A stretch of DNA of 64,000 nt, taken from NCBI GenBank assembly GCA_965204735.1, contig OZ242008.1, positions 1,120,001-1,184,000 on the forward strand, in the 5' to 3' direction. The translations under genes were made by a program, and so were the position numbers. Of the stretch, positions 8,579 to 17,339 are shown in pieces. The first letter of the stretch is position 1, and the number at the start of each line of letters is the position of its first letter. The stretch is from Longimicrobiales bacterium. Lineage in GTDB: Bacteria > Gemmatimonadota > Gemmatimonadetes > Longimicrobiales > Gaopeijiaceae. The notes beneath the pieces are model-generated. The model was not told the origin of the DNA. It made no database searches and worked only from the letters and a program-made list of their open reading frames with translations.

Positions 8579-11179
8579 ATGACGGTTCCCCTCGCGTCGC
8601 AGCCGGCCCGTCCCCACTCCTCCCGCGTCTTCGACGAGCCCCCGCCGAGCGACCTGGCCCCGGCCAAGCTGTCGGAGAACGCCCGCATCGTCCTGGCCAA
8701 GCGCTACCTCAAGAAGGACGAGGCGGGGAAGCCGGTCGAGGAAGCGGAAACGATGTTCTGGCGGATCGCCCGGACGGTGGCCGAGGTGGACAGGGAGTAC
8801 GGGGCTTCCGAACGCGCCGTGGAAGAAGTCGCTCGAAGCTTCTACGACCTCATGGCCCAGGGCAGCTTCGAGCCCAACTCGCCGACCCTCATGAACGCGG
8901 GCCGTCCGCTGGGCCAGCTCTCCGCGTGCTTCGTGCTGCCCGTCGAGGACTCGCTCTCCAACGGCGGCAGCGGGATCTACGACACGCTCCGGGCGATGGC
9001 TCTGGTCCACCAGTCCGGGGGCGGCACCGGCTTTTCGTTCTCCCGCCTCCGGCCCGAGGGCGACACGGTGCGCTCCACCATGGGGGTGGCGTCGGGACCC
9101 GTCTCGTTCATGAGCCTGTACGACGCCTCGACCGAAGTGGTGAAGCAGGGCGGCACCCGGCGGGGCGCCAACATGGGCATCCTGCGGGTGGACCACCCGG
9201 ACATCCGCCGGTTCGTCCGCTGCAAGAACGACACGTCCCAGATCACCAACTTCAACATCTCGGTGGCGGTCACCGACGCCTTCATGGAGGCGGTGGCGGA
9301 AGGGGCGGAGTACGACCTGATCACTCCTCGGACCGGAGAAGTGAAGGGCCGCGAGAGCGCCAGGGAGGTCTTCGACTCGATCGTCGAGGGGGCGTGGAAG
9401 ACGGGCGAGCCCGGCGTCTTCTTCGTCGATCGGGCCAACGAGCACAACCCGGTCCCCCGCCTGGGCGCCTACGAGGCCACCAACCCCTGCGGCGAGCAGC
9501 CCCTCCTTCCCTACGACGTCTGCAACCTGGGAAGCGTCAACGTCGGCGCCTTCGCCAAGGGAAGCGGCCCCGAAGCCCTCCGCTTCGAGGACCCCATGGA
9601 CGGGATCGACTGGGATGGCCTTCGCCACGTGGTGCACCTCTCGGTCCACTTCCTGGACAACGTGATCGACGCGAACCGCTATCCGCTGGACGAGATCGAC
9701 GCCCTGGCCAAGAAGATCCGCCGGGTGGGCCTGGGGATCATGGGATGGGCCGACCTGCTGGTGCGCCTGGGCATCCGCTACGACTCGGAGGAAGGCGTGG
9801 AGGCGGGACGCAAGGTCATGGCGTTCGTAGAGGAAGAGACCAGGCGCGCCTCGGAGCGGCTGGCGGAGATCCGCGGCGTCTTCCCGGCATGGGAGGAATC
9901 GATCTGGGGACCTGACGAGACGTGCGCCCGGGACGCCTCCGGCGAGCGCGTCCGACCCTGCCGCCGGCTGCGCAACTGCAACCTGACCACGGTGGCGCCC
10001 ACCGGAACGATCTCGATCATCGCCGGGTGCAGCGGAGGGATCGAACCCCTCTTCGCCGTCGCGTTCATGCGCAACCAAGCCGGGTCGACGATGCCCGACG
10101 TGAACCTGGACTTCGTGGCCAGGGCACGCCGGGAAGGCTGGTACGACGACGCGCTCATGGAGCGGATCGCCGAGGAAGGCCATATCCACTTCGACGAGGT
10201 GCCCGAGGACGCCCAGGAGATCTTCCGCACTTCCCACGACATCTCTCCCGAGTGGCACGTGCGGATGCAGGCGGCGTTCCAGGAGCACGTGGACTCGGCG
10301 ATATCGAAGACCACCAACTTCGCCCACGAGGCGACCCGCGAGGACGTGCGCAAGATATACGACCTGGCCTTCGAGCTCGGCTGCAAGGGGGTGACGGTCT
10401 ACCGGGACGGTTCCCGGCCCATGCAGGTGCTCTCCACCGGCAAGACGGGGCGGAACGAGGCGGGGAAGGGAGCGGGCGAAGTCGGAGCCGAGGCCGTGGA
10501 GGCGCTGCGGCAGGACTTGGCCGACGCCCGCGAGGAAGCCCACCGCGCGCGGATCCAGCTGGACGAGGCGCACCGGCAGCTGGAGGATCGGGACCGGAAG
10601 GCGGCCGCGGCCCGGCAGAAGCGCACCCGGCCCCAGATGCTCCGGGGGCGGACCACGAAGATGAAGTCGCCGCTGGGCGACCTGTACGTCACCATCAACG
10701 AGGACGACGCGGGCCGCCCCTTCGAGGTCTTCTGCACCCTGGGCAAGGCCGGCGGGGCGGCGATGGCGGACTCGGAAGCCATGGGCCGCCTCGCGTCCCT
10801 CGCCCTCCGCTCCGGGGTCCCCATCACCGCCGTGCGGGACCAGCTCAGGGGCATCTCGTGCGACCGCTCCGTGGGGTTCGGCCCGCACAAGGTCCTTTCC
10901 GCGCCCGACGCGGTGGCCCAGGCGATCGACCACTACTTGGCGGAGAAGGTCGGCGTGCAGGAGGAGCTGCCCCTGGGGGCGCCGGCCGTCGTCGCCGACG
11001 TGGTCGGCGAGAGCGGCCCGTCGGCAATCTCCTCCTCCCTCGCCGTCGCCGGGGCGGGCGCCTACGTGGACCACGCCGACGCCGCCCTGGGCTCCTGTCC
11101 GGCGTGCGGCGCCAGCCAGCTCGCCTACGAAGAGGGCTGCCGCAAGTGCTACGTGTGCGGCTTCTCCGAGTGCGGGTAG
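8579..11179 (+). CDS. nrdJ: Class II (adenosylcobalamin-dependent) ribonucleotide reductase with fused C-terminal TSCPD-like domain and zinc ribbon
   Basis: PNSPTLMNAG, QLSACFV, ATNPCGEQPL, TVAPTGTIS, KGVTVYRDGSR and C-terminal CPAC...CYVCGFSECG. Confidence 0.93.
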   Translation: MTVPLASQPARPHSSRVFDEPPPSDLAPAKLSENARIVLAKRYLKKDEAGKPVEEAETMFWRIARTVAEVDREYGASERAVEEVARSFYDLMAQGSFEPNSPTLMNAGRPLGQLSACFVLPVEDSLSNGGSGIYDTLRAMALVHQSGGGTGFSFSRLRPEGDTVRSTMGVASGPVSFMSLYDASTEVVKQGGTRRGANMGILRVDHPDIRRFVRCKNDTSQITNFNISVAVTDAFMEAVAEGAEYDLITPRTGEVKGRESAREVFDSIVEGAWKTGEPGVFFVDRANEHNPVPRLGAYEATNPCGEQPLLPYDVCNLGSVNVGAFAKGSGPEALRFEDPMDGIDWDGLRHVVHLSVHFLDNVIDANRYPLDEIDALAKKIRRVGLGIMGWADLLVRLGIRYDSEEGVEAGRKVMAFVEEETRRASERLAEIRGVFPAWEESIWGPDETCARDASGERVRPCRRLRNCNLTTVAPTGTISIIAGCSGGIEPLFAVAFMRNQAGSTMPDVNLDFVARARREGWYDDALMERIAEEGHIHFDEVPEDAQEIFRTSHDISPEWHVRMQAAFQEHVDSAISKTTNFAHEATREDVRKIYDLAFELGCKGVTVYRDGSRPMQVLSTGKTGRNEAGKGAGEVGAEAVEALRQDLADAREEAHRARIQLDEAHRQLEDRDRKAAAARQKRTRPQMLRGRTTKMKSPLGDLYVTINEDDAGRPFEVFCTLGKAGGAAMADSEAMGRLASLALRSGVPITAVRDQLRGISCDRSVGFGPHKVLSAPDAVAQAIDHYLAEKVGVQEELPLGAPAVVADVVGESGPSAISSSLAVAGAGAYVDHADAALGSCPACGASQLAYEEGCRKCYVCGFSECG

Positions 11180-11198
11180 GGAGTAGGCGAAGGCGGCC

Positions 11199-12716
11199 CT
11201 ACCGGCTCCCGGCCGGCTTGCGGTAGTCCAGCGGCGGGTCCCGGTCGCCCACCAGCGACACGTACTCGAAGTCGGGGCCGACCCGCTCCAGCCGCTCGGC
11301 CTTCGCAGCCGCCACCAGCTCCGGGTCGGTGAAGAGGTCCACCGCGGTCATGGCCAGCGTCTTGGCCGCCACCACCATGCCCTTCTCGCCGATCGACGTG
11401 CCCCCGGCCGCGATCGCCTGCCACGAGTGGGCAGGCGTTCCAGGCACCCAGGTCGCCGAGCTCATCCCGACGGTGGGCACGACCCAGCTCACGTCGGCCA
11501 CGTCGGTGGAGCCTCCCGCGGCCCTGGGCATGTACGGCTGGACCTGGGCGGCGCTCTCCAGCGGCGGCGCGTCCTCCCGCAGGGTCGCGCGGACCGCCTC
11601 GGCGAACGCCCGCTCCGCTTCGTCGTAGATCACTCCTCCGACCTGTTCCAGGTTCGCCTGGACCCGGCGCTGCAACGTCTCGTTGGGCAGCATGGCGAAG
11701 AGGCCGTGGACGACTTCGTACTCCATGCGGACGCCCGTCCCCATCGCGGCGCCCTCCGCCGCCCGCGCCACCCGCTCGAAGATGGAGTTGACCATCTCCG
11801 GGTCCGGGTTGCGGACATAGTAGAAGACCTCGGCGAAGTCGGGGATCACGTTGGGCGCGTGGCCGCCCGCCGTGATCACGTAGTGGATGCGCGACTCCTG
11901 GGGAACGTGCTCGCGCATCATGTTCACCATGTGGTTCATCGCCTCCACCCCGTCCAGCGCCGAGCGGCCCTGCTCCGGGGCCCCGGCCGCGTGGGCGGAG
12001 ACCCCGTGAAAGCGGAACTTGGCCGACTTGTTGGCCAGCGTGGACGACGGACTCGCCTCGTTGGAGTCGCCGGGGTGCCAGTGGAGCACCGCGTCCACGT
12101 CGGCGAAGAGGCCGGCGCGGACCATGTAGACCTTGCCGGCCCCTCCTTCCTCGGCCGGCGTGCCGTACAGCCGCACCGTGCCCGGCGTGCCCGACTCCTC
12201 CAGCCACGCCTTGACCGCCAGCGCCGCAGCCACGGAACCCGCGCCGAAGAGGTGATGACCGCAGGCGTGGCCGGCGCCCATCTCGGGCCTCGGCGCCCGC
12301 TCCGCCGTCCGGTCCTGGGTGATCCCCGGCAACGCGTCGTACTCGGCCAAGATGCCGATCACGGGCGTTCCGTCTCCCCAGTTGGCCACGAACGCCGTGG
12401 GCATCCCCGCCACTCCTTCCTCGATCTCGAACCCCGCTTCCGCCAGGACCTCCCGCAGCAGCGCGCTGCTCCGCACCTCCTGGTACCCCACTTCGGCCCA
12501 CTCCCAGATCTGCTGGGCGACGGCGGCGTAGTGGTCCGCGCCGGCCTCGACGTGCGCTGCAACGGCGGCGTGGCCGTCTTGGGCGGCGGCCGGTCGAAGG
12601 GGCGAGACGGCGGCGCCGGCGAGCGTCCCGGCGACGACGGGCGCGGCCACGATCGGACGAGCGAAGCGCAGGGCGCCGGCGAGGGGGCCGACGTGCGGGC
12701 GAGGCGACTTGGGCAT
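11199..12716 (-). CDS. M20 family amidohydrolase (AbgB-like), probably exported
   Basis: EYDALPG, GHACGHHLFG, GTPAEEGGAGK, WHP, GGSTDVADVSW; N-terminal signal-like segment ending AAAQ. Confidence 0.88.
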   Translation of the reverse strand: MPKSPRPHVGPLAGALRFARPIVAAPVVAGTLAGAAVSPLRPAAAQDGHAAVAAHVEAGADHYAAVAQQIWEWAEVGYQEVRSSALLREVLAEAGFEIEEGVAGMPTAFVANWGDGTPVIGILAEYDALPGITQDRTAERAPRPEMGAGHACGHHLFGAGSVAAALAVKAWLEESGTPGTVRLYGTPAEEGGAGKVYMVRAGLFADVDAVLHWHPGDSNEASPSSTLANKSAKFRFHGVSAHAAGAPEQGRSALDGVEAMNHMVNMMREHVPQESRIHYVITAGGHAPNVIPDFAEVFYYVRNPDPEMVNSIFERVARAAEGAAMGTGVRMEYEVVHGLFAMLPNETLQRRVQANLEQVGGVIYDEAERAFAEAVRATLREDAPPLESAAQVQPYMPRAAGGSTDVADVSWVVPTVGMSSATWVPGTPAHSWQAIAAGGTSIGEKGMVVAAKTLAMTAVDLFTDPELVAAAKAERLERVGPDFEYVSLVGDRDPPLDYRKPAGSR

Positions 12717-12857
12717 CTCGGAGTCCTCCAGGGTTACTTTGGAACAGAAGCGGAGGCGGTCGCGTCGCCCGCCCCCCGCAGCCAGAGTGCCGCGCGCCGC
12801 CCGACTCGGGCAAGTGCGGGCTCGCCGTCGCAACCACGCGCAGGGACTTTCTCGCAA

Positions 12858-13850
12858 GTGACCGTCGTCCCCAACGGCCAAGTCCGGGTGGCCGCCTTCC
12901 AGCCCCGCGGCTTTCCCTTCGACTCGGCCGGCGCCGTGGAGCGGGTGTGTTCCGGGGTCGCCGAGGCGGCGGAAGAGGGCGCGGGGCTCGTCGTCTTTCC
13001 CGAGGCCTTCGTCGGGGGCTATCCCTGGGGGCTGGCCTTCGGCACCGCCGTCGGGGGCCGCAAGCCCGAGGGGCGGCGCGCCTTCGGACGCTACCGCGAC
13101 GCCGCCGTCTCCGTGCCGGGTCCCGAGACGCGGCGCATGGCCGAGGCGGCCCGTTCGGCCGGGGCGTACCTGGCGGTGGGCGTCGTGGAGCGCGACGCGG
13201 CCCATGCGCCGGGCACCCTCTTCTGCACCCTGCTCTACTTTTCTCCCGACGGCGAGCTGGCGGGCCTTCACCGCAAGCTCAAGCCGACGGCGGCGGAGCG
13301 CCTGATCTGGGGCGAGGGGGACGGCAGCACCCTCCCCGTGATCGATGCGCCGTTCGGCAAGGTGGGCGGGCTCATCTGCTGGGAGAACTACATGCCGCTG
13401 GCCCGCATGGCCATGTACGGCAAGGGCGTGCAGCTCTACCTGGCCCCCACCGCCGACGCCCGCGACCGATGGCAGGCCACCCTCCGCCACATCGCCCTGG
13501 AAGGCCGCTGCTTCGTGGTCGGCTGCAACCAGTTCGTCAAGAAGGAGCACTACCCGCCCGACATCGAGATCCTCCACGAGGCCGCCGAGTGGCCCGAGGT
13601 GCTCTGCCCCGGCGGCACGTCGATCCACGATCCCCTGGGCAGGCTCCTGGCCGGTCCGCTGCTCGGCCGAGACGGCGTTCTCTACGCGGACCTGGACATG
13701 GGCGAGATCGCCCGCGGCAAGTTCGACTTCGACGTCGTCGGCCACTACGCGCGCCCCGACGTCTTCCGTCTGACGGTCGACGAGACCCCGCTGCGGTCGG
13801 TGACGGGCGCGAAGCCCGGATCGCTAGGCCGACTGGGCGCGTCACGCTAG
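12858..13850 (+). CDS. Nitrilase (carbon-nitrogen hydrolase family)
   Basis: Catalytic triad motifs FPEA, HRKLKPT, ICWENYMP; C-terminal FDVVGHYARPDVF; GTG start. Confidence 0.9.
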   Translation: MTVVPNGQVRVAAFQPRGFPFDSAGAVERVCSGVAEAAEEGAGLVVFPEAFVGGYPWGLAFGTAVGGRKPEGRRAFGRYRDAAVSVPGPETRRMAEAARSAGAYLAVGVVERDAAHAPGTLFCTLLYFSPDGELAGLHRKLKPTAAERLIWGEGDGSTLPVIDAPFGKVGGLICWENYMPLARMAMYGKGVQLYLAPTADARDRWQATLRHIALEGRCFVVGCNQFVKKEHYPPDIEILHEAAEWPEVLCPGGTSIHDPLGRLLAGPLLGRDGVLYADLDMGEIARGKFDFDVVGHYARPDVFRLTVDETPLRSVTGAKPGSLGRLGASR

Positions 13851-13924
13851 ATTTCTCGGCTCCCGGCGTTGCATTTTCGCCTCCGGGCCTCCCAACCTCC
13901 GCCACCCTCGACCCGTTCAGCAAA

Positions 13925-15220
13925 GTGACGACAGCGACCGCACCCGCCCCGCCCTCCGCGCCACCGGGCCCGCCCTCCGCGCCCCGGCGCCCCGAACCCG
14001 CCCCGCCCGGCGCCGTCGCCAAGCCCGTCTCGCACTACCTGGAGGAAGCCGAGCGCTGGTCGGCGCGCAACTATCTCCCCTTGCCGGTCGTGCTGGACCG
14101 GGGCGAGGGCGCGTGGGTCTGGGACGTGGAGGGAAACCGCTACCTCGACATGCTCAGCGCCTACTCGGCCCTCAACCAGGGACACCGGCACCCCGAGATC
14201 GTGGCGGCGGCCCGCGCGCAGATGGAGCGGCTCACGCTGACGTCCCGGGCGTTCCACAACGACCAGATGGGGCCGTTCCTCCGCGAGCTCTGCGAGGCCG
14301 CCGGATACGACGCCGCCCTGCCGATGAACACCGGCGCCGAGGCCGTCGAGACCGCCGTCAAGATGGTGCGCAAGTGGGGCTACCAGACCCGCGGCATCCC
14401 GGCGGACCGGGCGGAGATCGTCGTGTGCGAGGACAACTTCCACGGCCGCACCACGACGATCGTGGGCTTCTCGTCGGAAGAGCAGTACCGGGAGGGGTTC
14501 GGTCCCTTCACGCCGGGCTTCAAGATCGTTCCCTACGGCGACTTGGACGCCCTGCGGCAGGCGCTGGGCCCCGACACGGCCGGCTTCCTGGTCGAGCCCG
14601 TCCAGGGAGAGGCCGGCGTGGTCGTGCCCCCGGACGGCTACCTGGCGGCCGCGGCGGCCCTCTGTCGCGACGAGGGCGTCGCGTTCGTGGCCGACGAGAT
14701 CCAGACGGGCCTCGGGCGCACGGGCCGCCTCTTCTGCTGCGAGTGGGAGGGAGTGCGTCCCGACGTGCTCGTGGTGGGCAAGGCGCTGGGCGGCGGCGTC
14801 TACCCCGTCTCCGCGGTGATCGCCGACTCCGAGTTCATGGACGTCTTCCGACCCGGCGACCACGGCTCGACGTTCGGGGGCAATCCCCTGGGGGCCGCAG
14901 TCGGCCGCGCGTCGCTGCGGGTGGTGCTGGAGGAGGACCTCTCCCGGCGCTCCGACGAGCTCGGCAGCTGGTTCATGGAGCAGCTGCGGGCGATCCCTTC
15001 TCCCCACGTCGAGGAAGTTCGCGGAAAGGGCCTCATGATCGGCGTCGCGATCCGCGAGTCCTCGGGCCCCGCCCGGCCCTTCTGCGAGGCCCTCCAGAAG
15101 CGCGGCATCCTGGCCAAGGAGACCCACGAGCAGGTCGTCCGGTTCGCGCCGCCCCTGACGGTGGAGCGGTCGCAGCTGCAAGACGCGCTGGTGGAGGTCG
15201 CGGCCGTGCTGGAGGGCTAG
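13925..15220 (+). CDS. rocD: Ornithine--oxo-acid transaminase
   Basis: LDMLSAYSALNQGH, MNTGAEAVETA, NFHGRT, DEIQTGLGRTG, GKALGGG, GSTFGGNPL; Pro-rich N-terminal extension makes the start uncertain. Confidence 0.9.
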   Translation: MTTATAPAPPSAPPGPPSAPRRPEPAPPGAVAKPVSHYLEEAERWSARNYLPLPVVLDRGEGAWVWDVEGNRYLDMLSAYSALNQGHRHPEIVAAARAQMERLTLTSRAFHNDQMGPFLRELCEAAGYDAALPMNTGAEAVETAVKMVRKWGYQTRGIPADRAEIVVCEDNFHGRTTTIVGFSSEEQYREGFGPFTPGFKIVPYGDLDALRQALGPDTAGFLVEPVQGEAGVVVPPDGYLAAAAALCRDEGVAFVADEIQTGLGRTGRLFCCEWEGVRPDVLVVGKALGGGVYPVSAVIADSEFMDVFRPGDHGSTFGGNPLGAAVGRASLRVVLEEDLSRRSDELGSWFMEQLRAIPSPHVEEVRGKGLMIGVAIRESSGPARPFCEALQKRGILAKETHEQVVRFAPPLTVERSQLQDALVEVAAVLEG

Positions 15221-15224
15221 AGGG

Positions 15225-16136
15225 ATCGACTTCGAAGTCGTCGCCCGCAACTACTTCGAGGCGCTGGCCCGCGAGCGGGAGCAGCCGCCGCGGCGCCTGG
15301 GAGAGGCCGTCTCCGAGTCGGTCGGCGAGTCCCCAGGATGCGCCAGCTGTCTGGGGTGCCTGGGAGTCGTCGCCTTCATGATGGTGGCGTCGTCCGCGCC
15401 CGAGTTCCTGGTGGCCGGCGGAGCGCTCGTGGCAGGCGGCTTCGCTTTCTCGGCGATCGCGCGGCACTACCGCATCCGCGCCCGGATCAAGCGGGGCGTG
15501 AACGCCTACTCGGCTGGAGACCCCGACGCCGTCTCCGCCGTGCACGGCCACGCTCTCGGGATGCTCCGCCGGAGGGTGCAGGCCCATCGGGACCGAATGC
15601 TGGGTCCCGATTCGGAGTGGGGACGGGCCCGAGGGCCGCTGGAGGAGGCGCTGATCGACGCCGAGGGCCGCCTGGCCTACTGGCGGGAGCGGCTGCTGGG
15701 CGAGCCCGACAGCGAGATCGCGTCCATGCAGATGCGGACGGCGCGGAAGCTGCGCGACAAGCTCAAGCAGGCGGTGGACGAGGTGGACGACCGGGCCGTC
15801 GTCCTCCGGCACTTCTACGACCGGTGCGAAGCCAAGCTGGCGGTCATGGACCGAAGCAACGCCGACCTGGTGGAGGTCAAGCGGCTTGAAGAGCTCTCGG
15901 GCAAGGCCAACACGGTGATGGCGCACGCCCGAGGCGCAATCGAGGGGCTCGCCCAGCGCTTCCTCGCAGAGGCTCGCAGCATCGCCACCGCGCTGGGGAG
16001 CGCCGACCGCACCCAGCTGGGCGTCCTGGCCGGCGACGCGCCGATCGACAACATCGAATTCCTGGCCGACAAGATCCACGAGAGCGGCGAGCGGGACCGG
16101 GGAACGATCGAGGCGCTGGAGAAGACGCTGACGTAG
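15225..16136 (+). CDS. Hypothetical membrane-anchored coiled-coil protein (first ATG at 15378; coding-like frame extends to ATC at 15225)
   Basis: ORF 15378..16136 with hydrophobic N-terminus and helical charged body; in-frame upstream sequence IDFEVVARNYFEALARERE... Confidence 0.65.
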   Translation: MDFEVVARNYFEALAREREQPPRRLGEAVSESVGESPGCASCLGCLGVVAFMMVASSAPEFLVAGGALVAGGFAFSAIARHYRIRARIKRGVNAYSAGDPDAVSAVHGHALGMLRRRVQAHRDRMLGPDSEWGRARGPLEEALIDAEGRLAYWRERLLGEPDSEIASMQMRTARKLRDKLKQAVDEVDDRAVVLRHFYDRCEAKLAVMDRSNADLVEVKRLEELSGKANTVMAHARGAIEGLAQRFLAEARSIATALGSADRTQLGVLAGDAPIDNIEFLADKIHESGERDRGTIEALEKTLT

Positions 16137-16206
16137 GAGCCGACCCTGGACGCGGCGCCCGACCCCGCGGGCCGCGCGTCGCCGGACCGAGCCCGGAAGG
16201 CGTCGT

Positions 16207-16527
16207 TCACCGCCCCGGTCGCTCTCCCGGCGGCCCGATCGTGCCCTGCCGGGACGTGTCGATCTCCACGATCTTCCCGTCCCCGAAGAGCACGGCGCGG
16301 ACTTGCCCGTACAGGAACTCCCTCGCCTCCCGCTCCCGGGGGTTCAGCCCGAAGTGGTTGATCAGCAGCATCTGGTGCTGGAGCCAGTCGCGCCAGCAGC
16401 TGGCGCACACCTCCCGGCGAATCCGCTCGCCCAGCTCCGACCTGAACGGCGGGCGCTCCAGCGCCGGTCCCGGGGTCGCGGGATGCCGCCGACAGACCAC
16501 TTGGTCCAAGACCCGCTCCTCCTCCAC
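16207..16527 (-). CDS. Fe(II)-trafficking / oxidative damage protection protein (YggX family)
   Basis: VVCRR...LERPPFRSELGERIRREVCASCWRDWLQHQMLLINHFGLN; GTG start preceded by AAGGAG. Confidence 0.85.
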   Translation of the reverse strand: MEEERVLDQVVCRRHPATPGPALERPPFRSELGERIRREVCASCWRDWLQHQMLLINHFGLNPREREAREFLYGQVRAVLFGDGKIVEIDTSRQGTIGPPGERPGR

Positions 16528-16574
16528 GGCCCCGCTCCTTTCGTCGTTCCCGGCGATCTTCCCGGCGTTCCCGG

Positions 16575-16615
16575 CGGTGTGTCCTCCCAGCGACGACGGT
16601 GTGTCTTCCCAGCGA
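16575..16615. repeat. 19-bp direct repeat with 22-bp period in the divergent yggX/dksA intergenic region
   Basis: cggtgtgtcctcccagcga (16575) and cggtgtgtcttcccagcga (16597). Confidence 0.8.
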
Positions 16616-16737
16616 ACCGTCTCTCCAATTGAATTAGATTGGGCAGGTTGAACTTGGCTGCAAGGCCCAAGCCGGAGTTCGGCCACGGCACGGCAAGGGC
16701 GCCGAGCCGGCTGTCGTCGCGAAAGAACGGAGGAGCG

Positions 16738-17178
16738 ATGTCGTCCCAGCACTCGCCGGGGGCGGACCAGACCGCCGCCAACGGCCAAGGTCCCGTGCTC
16801 TCCCGGGAGCAACTGGCCCACCTTGAAGCCCGGCTGGTGGAAGAGCGGAAGAAGGCCCTGCGGAGCCTGGGCCACTTCAACGAAGCCGCCCAGCGCAGCC
16901 GCAGCTCCTCCGACTCGGATCTGGCCGGCTACACGGACCACATGGCCGACCAGGGAACCGAGGCCATGGAGCGGGAGAAGGCCGCCGTGTTCGCCACGAA
17001 GGAAGGCCGCTACCTCTACCGCATCGAAGACGCCCTCCATCGCTTGTACACCGACCCGGACAACTTCGGTCGTTGCCACGCCACCGGCAGGCCCATCGGC
17101 TTCGAGCGGCTGGACGCCCTCCCCCACGCCCGCTACTGCATCGAGCACAAGCGAGAGCTGGAGGCCCAGGGCGACTGA
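16738..17178 (+). CDS. DksA/TraR family transcription factor with only two Cys in the finger
   Basis: HMADQGTEAMERE coiled-coil tip, IEDALHRL, FGRCHATGRPIGFERLDALPHARYCIEH; GGAGGAG RBS. Confidence 0.88.
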   Translation: MSSQHSPGADQTAANGQGPVLSREQLAHLEARLVEERKKALRSLGHFNEAAQRSRSSSDSDLAGYTDHMADQGTEAMEREKAAVFATKEGRYLYRIEDALHRLYTDPDNFGRCHATGRPIGFERLDALPHARYCIEHKRELEAQGD

Positions 17179-17339
17179 TCGGTCGCGCCGCCGCCGGTCC
17201 GCGCCCCCGCCCAAGCTCCCTGCGAGCCCCAGCGTCCCCGGCGCTCGTCGTCGGCTCCGGGGACTCCGGGGCCCCTCGGGACGAGCGGCACGAGCAGCGA
17301 CGCGCCTTGCGGTCGCGCGGGGAGGATGGCTCGCCGCCC

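Noticed and set aside
666..11074. Very long minus-strand ORFs (1501 aa, 2012 aa) and the 2403-aa ORF 1214..8425
   Set aside because: Shadow frames caused by high GC and few stop codons. They are Arg/Gly/Pro-rich and overlap recognisable genes; only the part of 1214..8425 from about 5057 is a real gene.
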